This document shows positions 27,605-37,995 of a stretch of DNA of 64,000 nucleotides, piece after piece. The position numbers were made by a program, and so were the translations under genes. The DNA lies in the NCBI GenBank assembly GCA_043811375.1, contig JBDRNJ010000084.1, positions 32,001 to 96,000 of the forward strand. Direction: 5' to 3'. How positions within the stretch are numbered: position 1 is the first letter of the stretch; each line of letters opens with the position of its first letter. The notes under the pieces are model-generated. The model was not told the DNA's origin. It ran no database searches and was given only the letters and a program-made list of their open reading frames with translations. Source of the stretch: a bacterium (lineage in GTDB: Bacteria > Zixibacteria > MSB-5A5 > GN15 > FEB-12).

Positions 27605-28375
27605 TTACCCCCGATTCATCTCCCCGATCAAGCGCAGGCCCACCAGTGTCAACATCGGCTCGATCTGCCGGATATGGCGGGAGTGCTCTGCGATCTTCAC
27701 CGCGAAACCACCGGTGGCCACGGTCCGGCACTCTTGAAAACCGGTTTCGTCGAGAATGCGATCGATGATGTAATCGACCTGGCCCACCGTTCCGTAAAAC
27801 AAGCCCGATTTTAACGCCGCCTCAGTGGATTTGCCGATCACCGTTGCCGGTGGCTCGAGAGGGACTTCAAACAGTCGGGCGGCTCTATCGGCCAGGGCGG
27901 CCATGGCCGTCTCCGGACCGGCAGTGATAGCGCCCCCAAGATAAACACCACTTTCATCGACAACTTCAAACTTGGTCGCGGTGCCCAGATCGACGACAAT
28001 AACCGGCCCGCCGAACATGGAAAAGCCGGCCACAGCGTTGGCGATACGGTCAGCGCCGAGTTGCTCGGGATAGTCGTAGGCGATAGTGATCGGCAGTTTT
28101 ACTGCCGGTGATACGATTACCGGACGGCAACCGAACCGGCTTTCGCCGGCTTGCTCGAAGATACCGGTCAGTTCCGGCACCACTGAACCGATGACCCCCT
28201 CGGTAACATCATGATTCTTGATTTTCTGCTTGTCCAGTGATCCGTCCAGCAGGGAGCGGCATTCATCCGCAGTTAGTTGCGATGGAGTGGAAAGGTGAAT
28301 ATGCTTCGACAGGGTGTTTCCGTCGAAAACCCCCAGTGCTATACTGGTGTTGCCGATATCAATAGCCAGCAACAT
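27605..28375 (-). CDS. coaX: Type III pantothenate kinase
   Basis: Motifs LAIDIGNT, GSVVP, LGADR, VDLGTAT, GGAI and ATGG. Confidence 0.95.
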   Translation of the reverse strand: MLLAIDIGNTSIALGVFDGNTLSKHIHLSTPSQLTADECRSLLDGSLDKQKIKNHDVTEGVIGSVVPELTGIFEQAGESRFGCRPVIVSPAVKLPITIAYDYPEQLGADRIANAVAGFSMFGGPVIVVDLGTATKFEVVDESGVYLGGAITAGPETAMAALADRAARLFEVPLEPPATVIGKSTEAALKSGLFYGTVGQVDYIIDRILDETGFQECRTVATGGFAVKIAEHSRHIRQIEPMLTLVGLRLIGEMNRG

Positions 28376-28382
28376 TTGCGAT

Positions 28383-28682
28383 CTAATTCACCGGCGGTCC
28401 GGATTGGACACCAGCACCACGGGCCAGGTCGGCATTGATCTTCACGGCCGATTTGTAGGCATCGTACATGCCGTAGATGAACATAATCGGTGTTGTAATA
28501 ATACCGATCACGGTGAAAATTATCGATACTAGCATGACAATTGAAATGGAATAGAGAACGATAAAAAATATCCCCTTGGCAATCTGGCCATTATAGATCT
28601 GTCCCAGGCCCATGTAGAAAAACGACAGCACTGCTGCCAGGCCGGGGTTTTTGTAGAAAACCGGTGGGGTCGGATTGGTCAT
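28383..28682 (-). CDS. TM2-domain-like small membrane protein
   Basis: KNPGLAAVLSFF-x-x-GLGQIYNGQ-x-x-KG and C-terminal DAY, with an AGGAGGA RBS. Confidence 0.8.
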   Translation of the reverse strand: MTNPTPPVFYKNPGLAAVLSFFYMGLGQIYNGQIAKGIFFIVLYSISIVMLVSIIFTVIGIITTPIMFIYGMYDAYKSAVKINADLARGAGVQSGPPVN

Positions 28683-28829
28683 GGCATTCCTCCTGATGAG
28701 AGACTGATTATTACCTATATATACGGGACCAACTGTGCAAAATTCAATCGTTTTCTCTCCGACAACTGCGCCCCGACGGCCCGACTCCCGATAATTCCGG
28801 CAGAGTCCGAGTCAAACACGGGAGACCCG

Positions 28830-29357
28830 ATGGGAAAACTTGCCACCATACTGCTGACAGCAGCGCTGTTATTGACTGCAGCGCTGCTTTTTGCCTGCAC
28901 TCAGAGAATCGCCGTTGTCAGAGGGCGGTCCAGTAACCAACAGCCCGCCGCGGAAAACAGACCGGCCCAGCCGGATAACCACCCGGCCTACCAGGACTGT
29001 CTCGACGAAGGCTTGATACTGCTGCGTCAGGAGAAATATGAGGCTGCCCGTTTTCTGTTGCGGCAAGCCACTAAACTCAACCCCGAGAGCTGGCAGTCCT
29101 ACTACTATCGTTCACTGGCCTTAAGCCACGACGACCTGTACGCCCGGGCGCACGACCTGCTGGACTCCGCCCTGATTTATGCTCCCCGCGACAACCGCAC
29201 CCGGGGTCGCATATACCTGCTGCTGGCCCAGACCTGGGAAGAGCGGGGCCGGTTGGGGCAGGCGCAATTGAATTACATAACCGCTCTCAATCTCTGTCCC
29301 GACTCCTCTCCCGCCGCCTCCGCTCTTAAGCGTCTGCGGCAACTCCAACAGGAGTAA
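28830..29357 (+). CDS. TPR-repeat lipoprotein
   Basis: Lipobox LFAC and TPR-like helices (A-x-x-LNP, AL-x-x-x-P). Confidence 0.75.
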   Translation: MGKLATILLTAALLLTAALLFACTQRIAVVRGRSSNQQPAAENRPAQPDNHPAYQDCLDEGLILLRQEKYEAARFLLRQATKLNPESWQSYYYRSLALSHDDLYARAHDLLDSALIYAPRDNRTRGRIYLLLAQTWEERGRLGQAQLNYITALNLCPDSSPAASALKRLRQLQQE

Positions 29358-29442
29358 TCGGCCGGGTTTTGATTTCCCCTCGGAAAGACGCCGGTCTATA
29401 TTGTCTCGGCAAGACAAACCTGTGGCATGATGGAAGGAAACT

Positions 29443-29877
29443 GTGGCTGATTTGTTACGTCGCCTGACAATCGATGACTACGATGAATTGATAAGAGTGT
29501 GGGGTATGGCTGGTCTGCCCTATCGCCCCAGTGGCCGGGACCGTCGCGATCGTATCGAGCGGGAGATGGCGCGCCCCGACACGGAGTTTTTCGGCATCTT
29601 TGAAAACGATCGCCTTGTCGCCGTCGGGCTGGCCACCTTCGATGGCCGCAAGGGATGGATCAACCGGGTGGGGGTCGATCCCGACTGCCGTCTTCGGGGG
29701 CTGGCGGCGCGGATAATCGCCGAATGCGAAACTTTCCTCGAGGAGTGCGGTGCCGAGATCATTGCCTGCCTGATCGAGGAATACAACACCCCCTCGATGG
29801 CCCTGTTTCAAAAGCACGGCTACCTCTACACCGAGGGCGTCTACTACTTCTCCAAACGCAAGTCAGAGGATACGTAG
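29443..29877 (+). CDS. GNAT family N-acetyltransferase
   Basis: DGRKGWINRVGVDPDCRLRGLA (motif A) and N-x-x-S-x-ALF-x-K-x-GY (motif B). Confidence 0.9.
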   Translation: MADLLRRLTIDDYDELIRVWGMAGLPYRPSGRDRRDRIEREMARPDTEFFGIFENDRLVAVGLATFDGRKGWINRVGVDPDCRLRGLAARIIAECETFLEECGAEIIACLIEEYNTPSMALFQKHGYLYTEGVYYFSKRKSEDT

Positions 29878-29990
29878 GTTGCTGTTTGCACCACAAGCAT
29901 ACAGAGATATGCAGAGTAAAGAAATAGCTGTAAAGTCAGAATCTTTGAAGTCAGAGAACAGATTTACTACCCAAAGAGCATATTTTATGA

Positions 29991-30018
29991 TTGACAACTG
30001 ATCAGAGGATGTTACATT
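29991..30018 (+). promoter_or_regulatory. Sigma70 promoter of the Panacea/SocA-like gene
   Basis: TTGACA-16 bp-TACATT with an extended TG. Confidence 0.6.
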
Positions 30019-30048
30019 GATTAATGGATACTGGATCTGAGGGATGCC

Positions 30049-30609
30049 GTGACCCATATGCAGTTTGACGAACAGAAATTCAAAGAATTGGTCTTGTACA
30101 TTGCGGGAAAGTGCCAAGGGCACTCAAAGTATGGTAAGACCAAGCTCAACAAGATATTATTCTTCTCCGATTTCATAGCTTATGCCAAGTGGGGATGTGC
30201 TATCACAGGCGCGGAGTATTTTCACCTACCAAAGGGCCCTGCACCTCAACAAATGTTACCGATTATGGAGCAGATGGTGAGCGATCACGAATTAGCGATT
30301 GTTCCGCGTCAGATATTCGCAAAGACTCAAGAGAGACCGACTAATCTCAGAAACGCTAATCTGAGTGAATTCAGCGCGGATGAGCTCTCTTTGGTGGACT
30401 CAGTAATTGAGGAACTGCGAGAAAAGTCTGCGGAGGAGGTCAGTTCACTTTCACACTATTACATTGGTTGGCAGTTAACTCAGGAAGGCGAGACAATCCC
30501 GTACTACAGTGTGCACTGTCGACATCCTAAGGCTACCGACATCACCAAGGAAGATATTGAAGAAGGCATGAGGACAGCTCGCGAGTTTGGTCTTCTTGAT
30601 GCTGAGTAA
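30049..30609 (+). CDS. Panacea (DUF4065/SocA/GepA-like) antitoxin-domain protein
   Basis: KFKELVLYI, GKTKLNKILFFSDF, ITGAEY-x-x-LP-x-GP-x-P, LSH-x-x-x-x-W and GETIPY. Confidence 0.85.
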   Translation: MTHMQFDEQKFKELVLYIAGKCQGHSKYGKTKLNKILFFSDFIAYAKWGCAITGAEYFHLPKGPAPQQMLPIMEQMVSDHELAIVPRQIFAKTQERPTNLRNANLSEFSADELSLVDSVIEELREKSAEEVSSLSHYYIGWQLTQEGETIPYYSVHCRHPKATDITKEDIEEGMRTAREFGLLDAE

Positions 30610-30906
30610 TCACTCTGCGAGAAATTTCTTCACTCTTAGTTCACATATCTCGACTTCACCCGGTTTTACAAATATGTGGGCAATGAACTGGTAACCTCTC
30701 GGGTGTCGCTTAGCTTTGTAGAACCTCACGTTAGTTCCTTCAAGTATCGGGCACAAGTCAGCATTTCGTTCAAGGTAGAATATTATCGATCCAACAATAT
30801 CGTCAACTGCTTTAACATCTTCAATCTCCTCTTTGGCATTCTGGATGTCGCTATTGCATCGGTCGGATAGCCGAACACGTCTAAACCTTGCCAGGAAATC
30901 ATTCAT
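30610..30906 (-). CDS. Small hypothetical protein, possible RelE/ParE-like toxin
   Basis: 98 aa with the layout short strand (RVRLS), two helices, L-x-x-N-x-x-x-x-P-x-L-x-G, and basic strands (RFYKAKRHPRGY). Fold is inferred by eye only. Confidence 0.5.
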   Translation of the reverse strand: MNDFLARFRRVRLSDRCNSDIQNAKEEIEDVKAVDDIVGSIIFYLERNADLCPILEGTNVRFYKAKRHPRGYQFIAHIFVKPGEVEICELRVKKFLAE

Positions 30907-31025
30907 GAAGAACAAGCCGGTTGTTAAGAGTGCACACCTTCTTTATCGCTATTGGCTTGTAATTGGCGTTGTAAAGTTGTCCTGTCGCATACCGCCACTG
31001 TTACCACCTTTTGCTTTTTTTAGGA

Positions 31026-31060
31026 GGCTCCGGGTCGCAAGCAACCCGGAGCCCGTTTTT
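31026..31060 (+). terminator. Strong hairpin downstream of nrdJ with the T-tract on the + side
   Basis: ggctccgggt...acccggagcc followed by cgttttt. Confidence 0.55.
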
Positions 31061-31097
31061 CCTTCATCCCTGAAGGTAGTCGTGGCGTCCTGCCTGT

Positions 31098-34000
31098 TTA
31101 GCTGCACCCACTGGTGGCGCCGCAGGTGTCGCACTTGAGACAGGTGCCGTTTCTAATCATGGTAAACTGGCCGCACTCGCCACACATGTCGCCTTCGTAA
31201 CCCTTCAGTCGCGCGGTTTGGATTTGACGCCGAAGTCGGTTAGCTCCCTGTTGGCCGTCGGTTCCGGTCGGCGCGGTAACATACTCATACAGCGCCTCCG
31301 GCGTTTCAGGTTTCGCAGTTGCAGTGTTACTCTCCAGCGGTTGACCATCGCCGTTACCTCCTGGTTCCTTCCGATCACCATTGCCGTTGCCGTTCCCAAC
31401 CTTGAGGTGGGGTGTCTGAATGTCCGTGGCCGTGCGACTTCCATTGGTGATCCCCTCAGGCGTCAGCGGTTGTGCCGGTTCTTCGGATTCATACTCCATC
31501 GACTCACCGGCCGGCTCGCCCAGGGTATCCCCGCGGAGGTCATCTTCGGAAACGTGGGCCAGGTCATCGCGATCCAGATAAGTGATGGCCAGTTCCCGGA
31601 AGATGTAATCTATGATGGATGTAGCACGTTTGATCGATTTGTTGCCGCGCACCATTCCGTTGGGTTCAAAGCGGCTGAACAGGAAGGCTTCCACGAACTC
31701 CTCCAGCGGCACACCGTGCTGGAGTCCCAGTGATATGGCGATGGCAAAGCTGTTCATCAGAGAACGGAAAGCGGCACCTTCGCGGTGCATGTCCAGAAAG
31801 ATTTCGCCCAGCGTACCGTCAGAGTAATCGCCGGTGCGCAGGTATAACTTGTGCCCGCCGACCACTGCTTTCTGCGTGTACCCGGCGCGACGATATGGCA
31901 GCTTGCGTCGCTTGGCGATATAGCGGTAGACCAGCTTCTCGGCCATTTTCTCCGAAGCACTCTCAATTGTGAGGCTCTCCCCGTCATCATCCTCATCCAA
32001 GAGAGAGGAACTCAGCGGCTGACTCAGCTTGGAGCCGTCGCGGTAAATCGCGATCGCCTTGTTCATCGTCTCCCAGGACAGACGGTAAGCTCGCTTGACG
32101 TCATCGATAGTGGCCTCAGCCGGCATATTGATCGTCTTGGAAATAGCACCCGAAACAAACGGCTGGGACGCCGCCATCATGCGGATATGCGCCTCGAATG
32201 GGATATATCGCCGACCCTTCTTACCGCAGCGATTGGCGCAGTCAAAGATCGGCAGGTGCTTTTCATCCAGGTGCGGCGCGCCTTCGAGAGTCATGGCGCC
32301 GCAACAGAACTCGTTGGCGGCTTCGATCTGCTCTTTGGTGAAGCCCAACTCACACAGGAGATTAAAATCCCATATGTCGATAGCAACATCCGACAGCCCC
32401 AGTGTTTCCTTGAGAAACTCTTCTCCCAGGGTCTGCTTACTGAAAGCGAAAGTGATGTCGAAGACATTCTCCAGCGCCGCCTCAACCCGCTTCAGTTCTT
32501 CGTCGCCAAACCCCCGTGCTTTCAGGGACTCGTGATTGATATAGGGAGCCCGTTTGAGCGTCTTGTGCCCGGCGGCATACAATATGATGTCTTCAATCTC
32601 CGATGCCGAGTAGCCCAGCCGTTCCAGCGCCCGGGGTACGGAATTATTGATGATCTTGAAGTATCCGCCGCCGGCCAGCTTCTTGAATTTTACCAGCGAG
32701 AAATCCGGCTCGATACCGGTGGTATCACAGTCCATGACCAGGCCGATGGTTCCCGTGGGGGCAATCACCGACACCTGAGCATTGCGGTAGCCATGGATTT
32801 CTCCCTGCTCCAGGGCACGATCCCACACTGATCGAACCGCCCGGACCAGGTCATCGGGTACATAGTTGGGATTGAGACCGGTTGGCTTGATCGTTAACCC
32901 CTCATACTCGGACTTGTCGGCATTATTGGCGGCGCGTCGGTGGTTGCGGATTACCCGCAGCATGTGATCCCGGTTGTGATAGAAGGATGGGAAGGGGCCG
33001 TGCTCCCGCGCCATTTCCGCCGAGGTTACATAGGCCTGCCCCGTCAGAAGAGCTGTCAACGCCCCACACCAGGCGTGCGCTTCGGCGGAGTCATAGGCGA
33101 TACCCTGCCGCATCAGCAACGTACCCAGATTGGCAAACCCCAGCCCCAGTGTGCGAAACTCGTAACTCTTCTGGGCTATCATCCGCGACGGATACGAGGC
33201 CATCAGCACCGATATTTCCAGAACTACCGTCCATAATCGTATGGCGTGAAGATACCCCTCGATGTCAAAAGTGCCGTCATCATGCAGGAACCCGCCCAGA
33301 TTGATTGAGGCCAGATTGCAGGCGGTGTCATCCAGGAACATATACTCCGAACAGGGATTGGATGAATTGATACGGCCATCGGCAGGACAGGTATGCCATT
33401 CATTTATAGTGGAGTCAAACTGCACCCCCGGGTCGGCGCATGTCCAGGTGGCATAGCAGATTTTCTCCCACAGGTCCGACGCCGGGATCGTGCGGGCCGT
33501 TCGGCCATCGGTGCGACGGATCAACTCCCACTGCTCACCCTTTTTCAGTTTTTCAAAAAAACCGTTGGGGATGCGCACCGAATTGTTGGAGTTCTGGCCG
33601 GAAACCGTGATATAAGCATCACCCTCCCAGTTGGTGTCGAGGGTGATAAAGTCAACCTGCGTCAATCCCTGGTCGGCCAGGTCGAGAATCTTCTTCATGT
33701 AGGCCGGTGGCACCGCCATCCGACGGGCATCGCCCAGTGCTGTCTTCAAAGCAGCGTTTTTCGACGGATCAGTCTCGATGACAGTGTCACCATTGCTGCC
33801 GGATACGACGACTGCCTTGATGATCTCCTGGAGATGGTGCGCGATAACCCGTGAACCGGCTACCATCGCGGCCACCTTCTGCTCTTCGATGACTTTCCAA
33901 TCGATAAAAGCCTCGATATCCGGGTGGTCGAGGTCCAGACAGACCATCTTGGCCGCCCGCCGGGTAGTACCGCCCGACTTGATGGCCCCCGCCGCCCGGT

Positions 34001-34736
34001 CACCAATGCGCAGAAACGACATCAGACCGGAAGAGTTGCCGCCACCCGACAGCGGTTCACCCGATCCCCGAATGCCGGAGAAATTGGTTCCGGTTCCCGA
34101 CCCGTATTTGAATAAACGGGCCTCTCGCTGCCAGAGATCCATAATGCCCCCATCATTCACCAGATCATCAACCACCGACTGAATGAAACAGGCGTGAGGC
34201 TGGGGACGCTCATAAGCGTTTTTGGTCCGATTAAGCGTACGACTGCCCGGGTCTACATAATAATGCCCCTGAGCTGCCCCGGTAATATCGTAAGCCAGAT
34301 GCAACCCGGTGTTAAACCACTGCGGTGAGTTGGGCGCCGCCACCTGCGCTGCCAGCATATGACACAACTCGTCATAAAAAGCCTGCGCATCTTCCTCGCC
34401 ATCAAAATAACCGTACTTTTCTCCCCAATGGCGCCAGCAGGCAGCCATGCGGTGAAAAACCTGGCGAGTGTCTGACTCACTTCCCAGTGCTGCTTTACCC
34501 TCATCATCACTAACCGGCCGACCGTCATCATCTTTCTGCGGTACCCCGGTCTTGCGGAAGTATTTCTGCGCCAGTATATCCACCGCCACCTGCGACCACG
34601 ACGCCGGAGCCTTGATGTTCTCCAGGCGGAACACAATCGAACCGTCCGGATTCCTGATTTCCGATGTTCTGGTTACGAACTCAACCGAGCTATAAGGTGA
34701 TTCACCCTCAACAGTGAAATACCGTCCGATTTTCAA
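31098..34736 (-). CDS. nrdJ: Adenosylcobalamin-dependent class II ribonucleotide reductase
   Basis: [33 protein letters not shown]...CNLAS and IAPTGTI, plus a C-terminal TSCPD-like domain and zinc ribbon. TTG start after GGAGG. Confidence 0.97.
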   Translation of the reverse strand: MKIGRYFTVEGESPYSSVEFVTRTSEIRNPDGSIVFRLENIKAPASWSQVAVDILAQKYFRKTGVPQKDDDGRPVSDDEGKAALGSESDTRQVFHRMAACWRHWGEKYGYFDGEEDAQAFYDELCHMLAAQVAAPNSPQWFNTGLHLAYDITGAAQGHYYVDPGSRTLNRTKNAYERPQPHACFIQSVVDDLVNDGGIMDLWQREARLFKYGSGTGTNFSGIRGSGEPLSGGGNSSGLMSFLRIGDRAAGAIKSGGTTRRAAKMVCLDLDHPDIEAFIDWKVIEEQKVAAMVAGSRVIAHHLQEIIKAVVVSGSNGDTVIETDPSKNAALKTALGDARRMAVPPAYMKKILDLADQGLTQVDFITLDTNWEGDAYITVSGQNSNNSVRIPNGFFEKLKKGEQWELIRRTDGRTARTIPASDLWEKICYATWTCADPGVQFDSTINEWHTCPADGRINSSNPCSEYMFLDDTACNLASINLGGFLHDDGTFDIEGYLHAIRLWTVVLEISVLMASYPSRMIAQKSYEFRTLGLGFANLGTLLMRQGIAYDSAEAHAWCGALTALLTGQAYVTSAEMAREHGPFPSFYHNRDHMLRVIRNHRRAANNADKSEYEGLTIKPTGLNPNYVPDDLVRAVRSVWDRALEQGEIHGYRNAQVSVIAPTGTIGLVMDCDTTGIEPDFSLVKFKKLAGGGYFKIINNSVPRALERLGYSASEIEDIILYAAGHKTLKRAPYINHESLKARGFGDEELKRVEAALENVFDITFAFSKQTLGEEFLKETLGLSDVAIDIWDFNLLCELGFTKEQIEAANEFCCGAMTLEGAPHLDEKHLPIFDCANRCGKKGRRYIPFEAHIRMMAASQPFVSGAISKTINMPAEATIDDVKRAYRLSWETMNKAIAIYRDGSKLSQPLSSSLLDEDDDGESLTIESASEKMAEKLVYRYIAKRRKLPYRRAGYTQKAVVGGHKLYLRTGDYSDGTLGEIFLDMHREGAAFRSLMNSFAIAISLGLQHGVPLEEFVEAFLFSRFEPNGMVRGNKSIKRATSIIDYIFRELAITYLDRDDLAHVSEDDLRGDTLGEPAGESMEYESEEPAQPLTPEGITNGSRTATDIQTPHLKVGNGNGNGDRKEPGGNGDGQPLESNTATAKPETPEALYEYVTAPTGTDGQQGANRLRRQIQTARLKGYEGDMCGECGQFTMIRNGTCLKCDTCGATSGCS

Positions 34737-35324
34737 ACCAACCTCCCGTGCCTATTCCACATCTGATCCAACCCAAACAATCCCTGCATGAGCAAAAACT
34801 AATTTCCCCTGCCTGCTATCAGTACATCCTTGACTCATATCATCTCCTGCTTCCCGCGAAGATCGCACTCAACCGCGCGACAATAATTCACGGCCGCCAA
34901 CAGGGTCGACCGTGAGTGACGCCAATATACCGGGTGCTGCACAGGGGCACCTATAAAAAGATACCATTTTATTTCGTGTCACGTAGGTCATTGAACGGCA
35001 GGGGAGTACATTCAACACATTTCTTCTACGGTACCGAAGACGATAATCGAAGGCGCGATTACAATAATTCGACAGATGTAAGTTGCTGTAGTGATTTGAA
35101 ATACGGACAGGCAGTTTCATATTAATATTCCCGTGTAATTACAATCACAACCCGACAGTTAGTAACCAGCGACAATTCAATGAGATACGAAAAAATCAAC
35201 AACATCTCAACGACTTTTCAACAATGAGTGTGGAAATGTGGGGGTGGTATCTGGTCTGATGTCAGGGTGCTTATCCTGACCTGATAAAAATAATCTTTTT
35301 TTGTCGGCAGGTGGGTTTTTTTGC

Positions 35325-35353
35325 TTGACAAATTGTGTTTTCGGAGCTAAACT
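35325..35353 (+). promoter_or_regulatory. Near-consensus sigma70 promoter with no downstream ORF
   Basis: TTGACA-17 bp-TAAACT. Confidence 0.7.
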
Positions 35354-35359
35354 ACATGT

Positions 35360-35442
35360 GCAATCGGAAAGTGTTACTCTTTCTGTGGATTACCTAATAT
35401 CGTCCACCCAGGCAGGTGCCTAACCTGCTTGGGTTTTTTTTT
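35360..35442 (+). ncRNA. Candidate small RNA (~80 nt)
   Basis: Follows the promoter. Hairpins gaaag/ctttc and gtgga/tccac, then terminator cccaggcagg...cctgcttggg with a T-run. Confidence 0.5.
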
Positions 35443-35491
35443 ATCCTTTAGCGCAGTTTATTGACAGGTCGCATCTGTTTGTTGTTGCCGG

Positions 35492-36448
35492 TTATTGTGC
35501 CGGCAGCAGGTCGGGGTCGCTTTCCCTGATCATGTCCAGGTAGCCGACACCGCGTGGTCCGAGGTAAGCCTCGGGCATTGTGAAAAGCTGGTCCTTTAGA
35601 GCCTTGTCTATAGATATGAAGTTGTAGCCCATATCTCCCAGGGCGGTCAGTAAGGCATCCAGGAAAAGAGCGTTGAGACGATTGGCCCTGAGTTGTAGAA
35701 TATGTCGACAGGGGCGCTTCAGGATCTCTTTGGCCACTGCCTCGCAGCGTTCCACCTCGGACAGAACGTGCGATATGTACTCGTAGCGCAGAGCTTCGTA
35801 GTCAGCCGAATCATTGCCCTGGCTGATCTTCTCCAGGGTCAGGTTGTACAGGTAATCATCGATAACGATAGTGACGTGCGCCACGGCTATGTCCTGCGCC
35901 TCAAGGTAGAGTCGTATCTGTCTTTTGGCTTGCACGGTGGCGCCGTAATGCAGGAAGGGGTAGCGGAAATAGCGTCCTTTCTGTCCGAAGCCGGCCAGCA
36001 TCGGTTCCAGTTTCTCGTTGCCGGTACTAATGTCCCGGATAAACTGCTCGATGCTCATTTCGTGCAGGTCCTGATGGGAGTAAGTGAGATTACCCAGTTG
36101 GTGTCCGGCGTTGAGCCACTGACCCAGCAGATCGTAACTGTTGTCGATTTTCTCGCCGACGACAAAACCGGTAACAATTACATTGTGTCGGTCGAGAACC
36201 TCAAGCAGTTGTTTAGTCACCGCCACCCGATCGACCGTGTCAAAAGCCTGTGAGACGGGCAATTCGTTGAAGGTTACACAAATCTCCCGACGGGTCGATT
36301 TGTCACCCGCCTGAGAATCACCGGAAGACCAGGCCAGCGACATAACCAGGGCGCACACCATCAGAAACTTACGTTGCCGTATCCGTACGGGGTTCTTCAG
36401 CACTACGTCAATCCTCCGGTCGCAGGAAATATCCGGGGCGGCCGCCAT
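35492..36448 (-). CDS. Polysaccharide deacetylase (CE4/NodB) fold protein with degenerate catalytic motifs
   Basis: VTFNELP replaces TFDD and GNLTYSH replaces H-T-x-x-H; YFRYPFL is retained. Signal peptide present. Start may be 36361. Confidence 0.8.
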   Translation of the reverse strand: MAAAPDISCDRRIDVVLKNPVRIRQRKFLMVCALVMSLAWSSGDSQAGDKSTRREICVTFNELPVSQAFDTVDRVAVTKQLLEVLDRHNVIVTGFVVGEKIDNSYDLLGQWLNAGHQLGNLTYSHQDLHEMSIEQFIRDISTGNEKLEPMLAGFGQKGRYFRYPFLHYGATVQAKRQIRLYLEAQDIAVAHVTIVIDDYLYNLTLEKISQGNDSADYEALRYEYISHVLSEVERCEAVAKEILKRPCRHILQLRANRLNALFLDALLTALGDMGYNFISIDKALKDQLFTMPEAYLGPRGVGYLDMIRESDPDLLPAQ

Positions 36449-36638
36449 TTAAGTCACTGCTGTCCGGCAGCGGCTGCGGCCGGCTTGTTACTGTTGGTAT
36501 TGACCGGAGCCGAAAGCCGCAAGTCAAGCCTAAAAACCCACCGTCGTCCTTATTCACAGGACTTTTCCCGACCGGTTTGATTGGTTATCATTACTTTACA
36601 CGACACCGGCCCGCAGATGAGAGTGACATAGAATACAG

Positions 36639-37529
36639 ATGTTCGTAAGAGAAAGCACAGCCAGTAGCGTTACAGTTGATACACCGGCCAAGGTCAACCT
36701 GTTTCTCCAGATTTTGCAGCGTCGGCCTGACGGCTATCACGACATCAACTCGTTGTTTCAGGCTGTTACCTTGTTTGACACTCTGAACTTTTCGGTTACC
36801 GCAAGCGATGGGGTGACCATCCGTCTTCAGCCCGGGATCGAACTGCCGGTAGATGCAAGCAATCTCATCACGAAGGCTTACCATCTTATCCGGGAGCGTT
36901 TCAGGCTCAGCCGTGGTTTGCAGGTGGTGCTGCGCAAGATGATCCCGGTTTCGGCCGGATTGGGCGGTGGTTCCGCCGACGCAGCGGCTGTTATTCTGGC
37001 ATGCAATCAGTTGTTTGATCTGGGCTTGAGCTGCCGGGAGATGGCCCGGCTGGGATTGAACATAGGCTCGGATATTCCTTTCTTCTTCGCCGGGGGGCAG
37101 GCGCTGGTCTCGGGCCGCGGTGAAGTGATCCGGGAAAGCACCTATCCTACTGACTACCAGATGCTTTTGGTGACTCCGGCGCTGGCGATTGCCACTACCG
37201 ACAGTTATTCGGCCCTGAAAAGGGACTTGACAACATCGAAGCTCCCCTTTAGCTTAGCTTGTTGCCGGACGGTTGACGATCTTGTAGCGTCATTGCGTCT
37301 GGCTGGTAATGATTTTGAAGAAGTTCAATTTCGGTCCTACCCGGTGTTGGGTGAGATCAGAGATGAACTTTTGAGGTGTGGAGCGTTATTAACCCGGATG
37401 AGCGGGTCCGGTCCGACGATGTTTGGTATTTTCGGATCGGAGACGCGAATTGTAGAAGACAAGATACTCAGCCGGGGGGACTGGCGGGTTCATCCAGTTA
37501 AGCCGGTATCCCTCTCAGGCCGGACGTGA
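36639..37529 (+). CDS. ispE: 4-diphosphocytidyl-2-C-methyl-D-erythritol kinase
   Basis: Motifs PAKVNLFL, RPDGYH, IPVSAGLGGGSADAA, GSDIPFF and MSGSG. Confidence 0.96.
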   Translation: MFVRESTASSVTVDTPAKVNLFLQILQRRPDGYHDINSLFQAVTLFDTLNFSVTASDGVTIRLQPGIELPVDASNLITKAYHLIRERFRLSRGLQVVLRKMIPVSAGLGGGSADAAAVILACNQLFDLGLSCREMARLGLNIGSDIPFFFAGGQALVSGRGEVIRESTYPTDYQMLLVTPALAIATTDSYSALKRDLTTSKLPFSLACCRTVDDLVASLRLAGNDFEEVQFRSYPVLGEIRDELLRCGALLTRMSGSGPTMFGIFGSETRIVEDKILSRGDWRVHPVKPVSLSGRT

Positions 37530-37548
37530 CTTTGTGGAGGGAGGCACC

Positions 37549-37821
37549 GTGGAGATCACCGAAGTCCGGGTAACATTACGGGACGAGGCGAGACTGAAGG
37601 GTTTTGCGAACGTGACATTTGACAACGTCTTTGTTGTTCGTGGCATGAAGATCATCAAGGGCAACATCGGTCTTTTTGTCGCCATGCCGAGTCGCAAGCG
37701 TTCCAACGGTTCTTACCAGGACGTTGCCCATCCCGTCACCAAAGAGATGAGAGAGAAACTTGAAGAGAAAGTTCTTGAAGCCTATGACGTGGAACTCGAA
37801 GCCTGCAACAGCACGGCGTAG
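37549..37821 (+). CDS. spoVG: SpoVG family protein
   Basis: EITEVRV, LKGFANVTFD, GLFVAMPSRK and YQDVAHP. GTG start after GGAGG. Confidence 0.93.
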   Translation: MEITEVRVTLRDEARLKGFANVTFDNVFVVRGMKIIKGNIGLFVAMPSRKRSNGSYQDVAHPVTKEMREKLEEKVLEAYDVELEACNSTA

Positions 37822-37834
37822 TGCCGGGACTTTC

Positions 37835-37909
37835 TGGGGCGTCGTCAAGTGGTAAGACACCAGCCTTTGGAGCTGGCATTCCCAGGTTCGAATCCTGGCG
37901 CCCCAGCCA
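37835..37909 (+). tRNA. tRNA-Gln (TTG)
   Basis: Acceptor stem tggggcg/cgcccca, anticodon arm ccagc-ctTTGga-gctgg, T-loop ggttcgaatcc and encoded CCA. Confidence 0.97.
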
Positions 37910-37995
37910 ATGATCAGGGTTTGCTGCCACCCATACCGGAGTGAGAATAACATGAGCCTGCTATGGCAGAGAAACGACAGTGAGGATAACGGCCG

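Noticed and set aside
29860..30010. Recurring (aag)tcaga(g) words as att sites or a target duplication of the Panacea insert
   Set aside because: They are too short, irregularly spaced and not found at the other end of the insert.
34737..34960. Cobalamin riboswitch upstream of nrdJ
   Set aside because: Only isolated fragments (aggtgccc, gggaag) are present; the conserved core order and the B12 box were not found.
35356..35397. 13-codon ORF MCNRKVLLFLWIT in the candidate sRNA
   Set aside because: The ATG lies only 2 nt after the -10 box, upstream of the likely transcription start, and has no RBS. It is not fully excluded.
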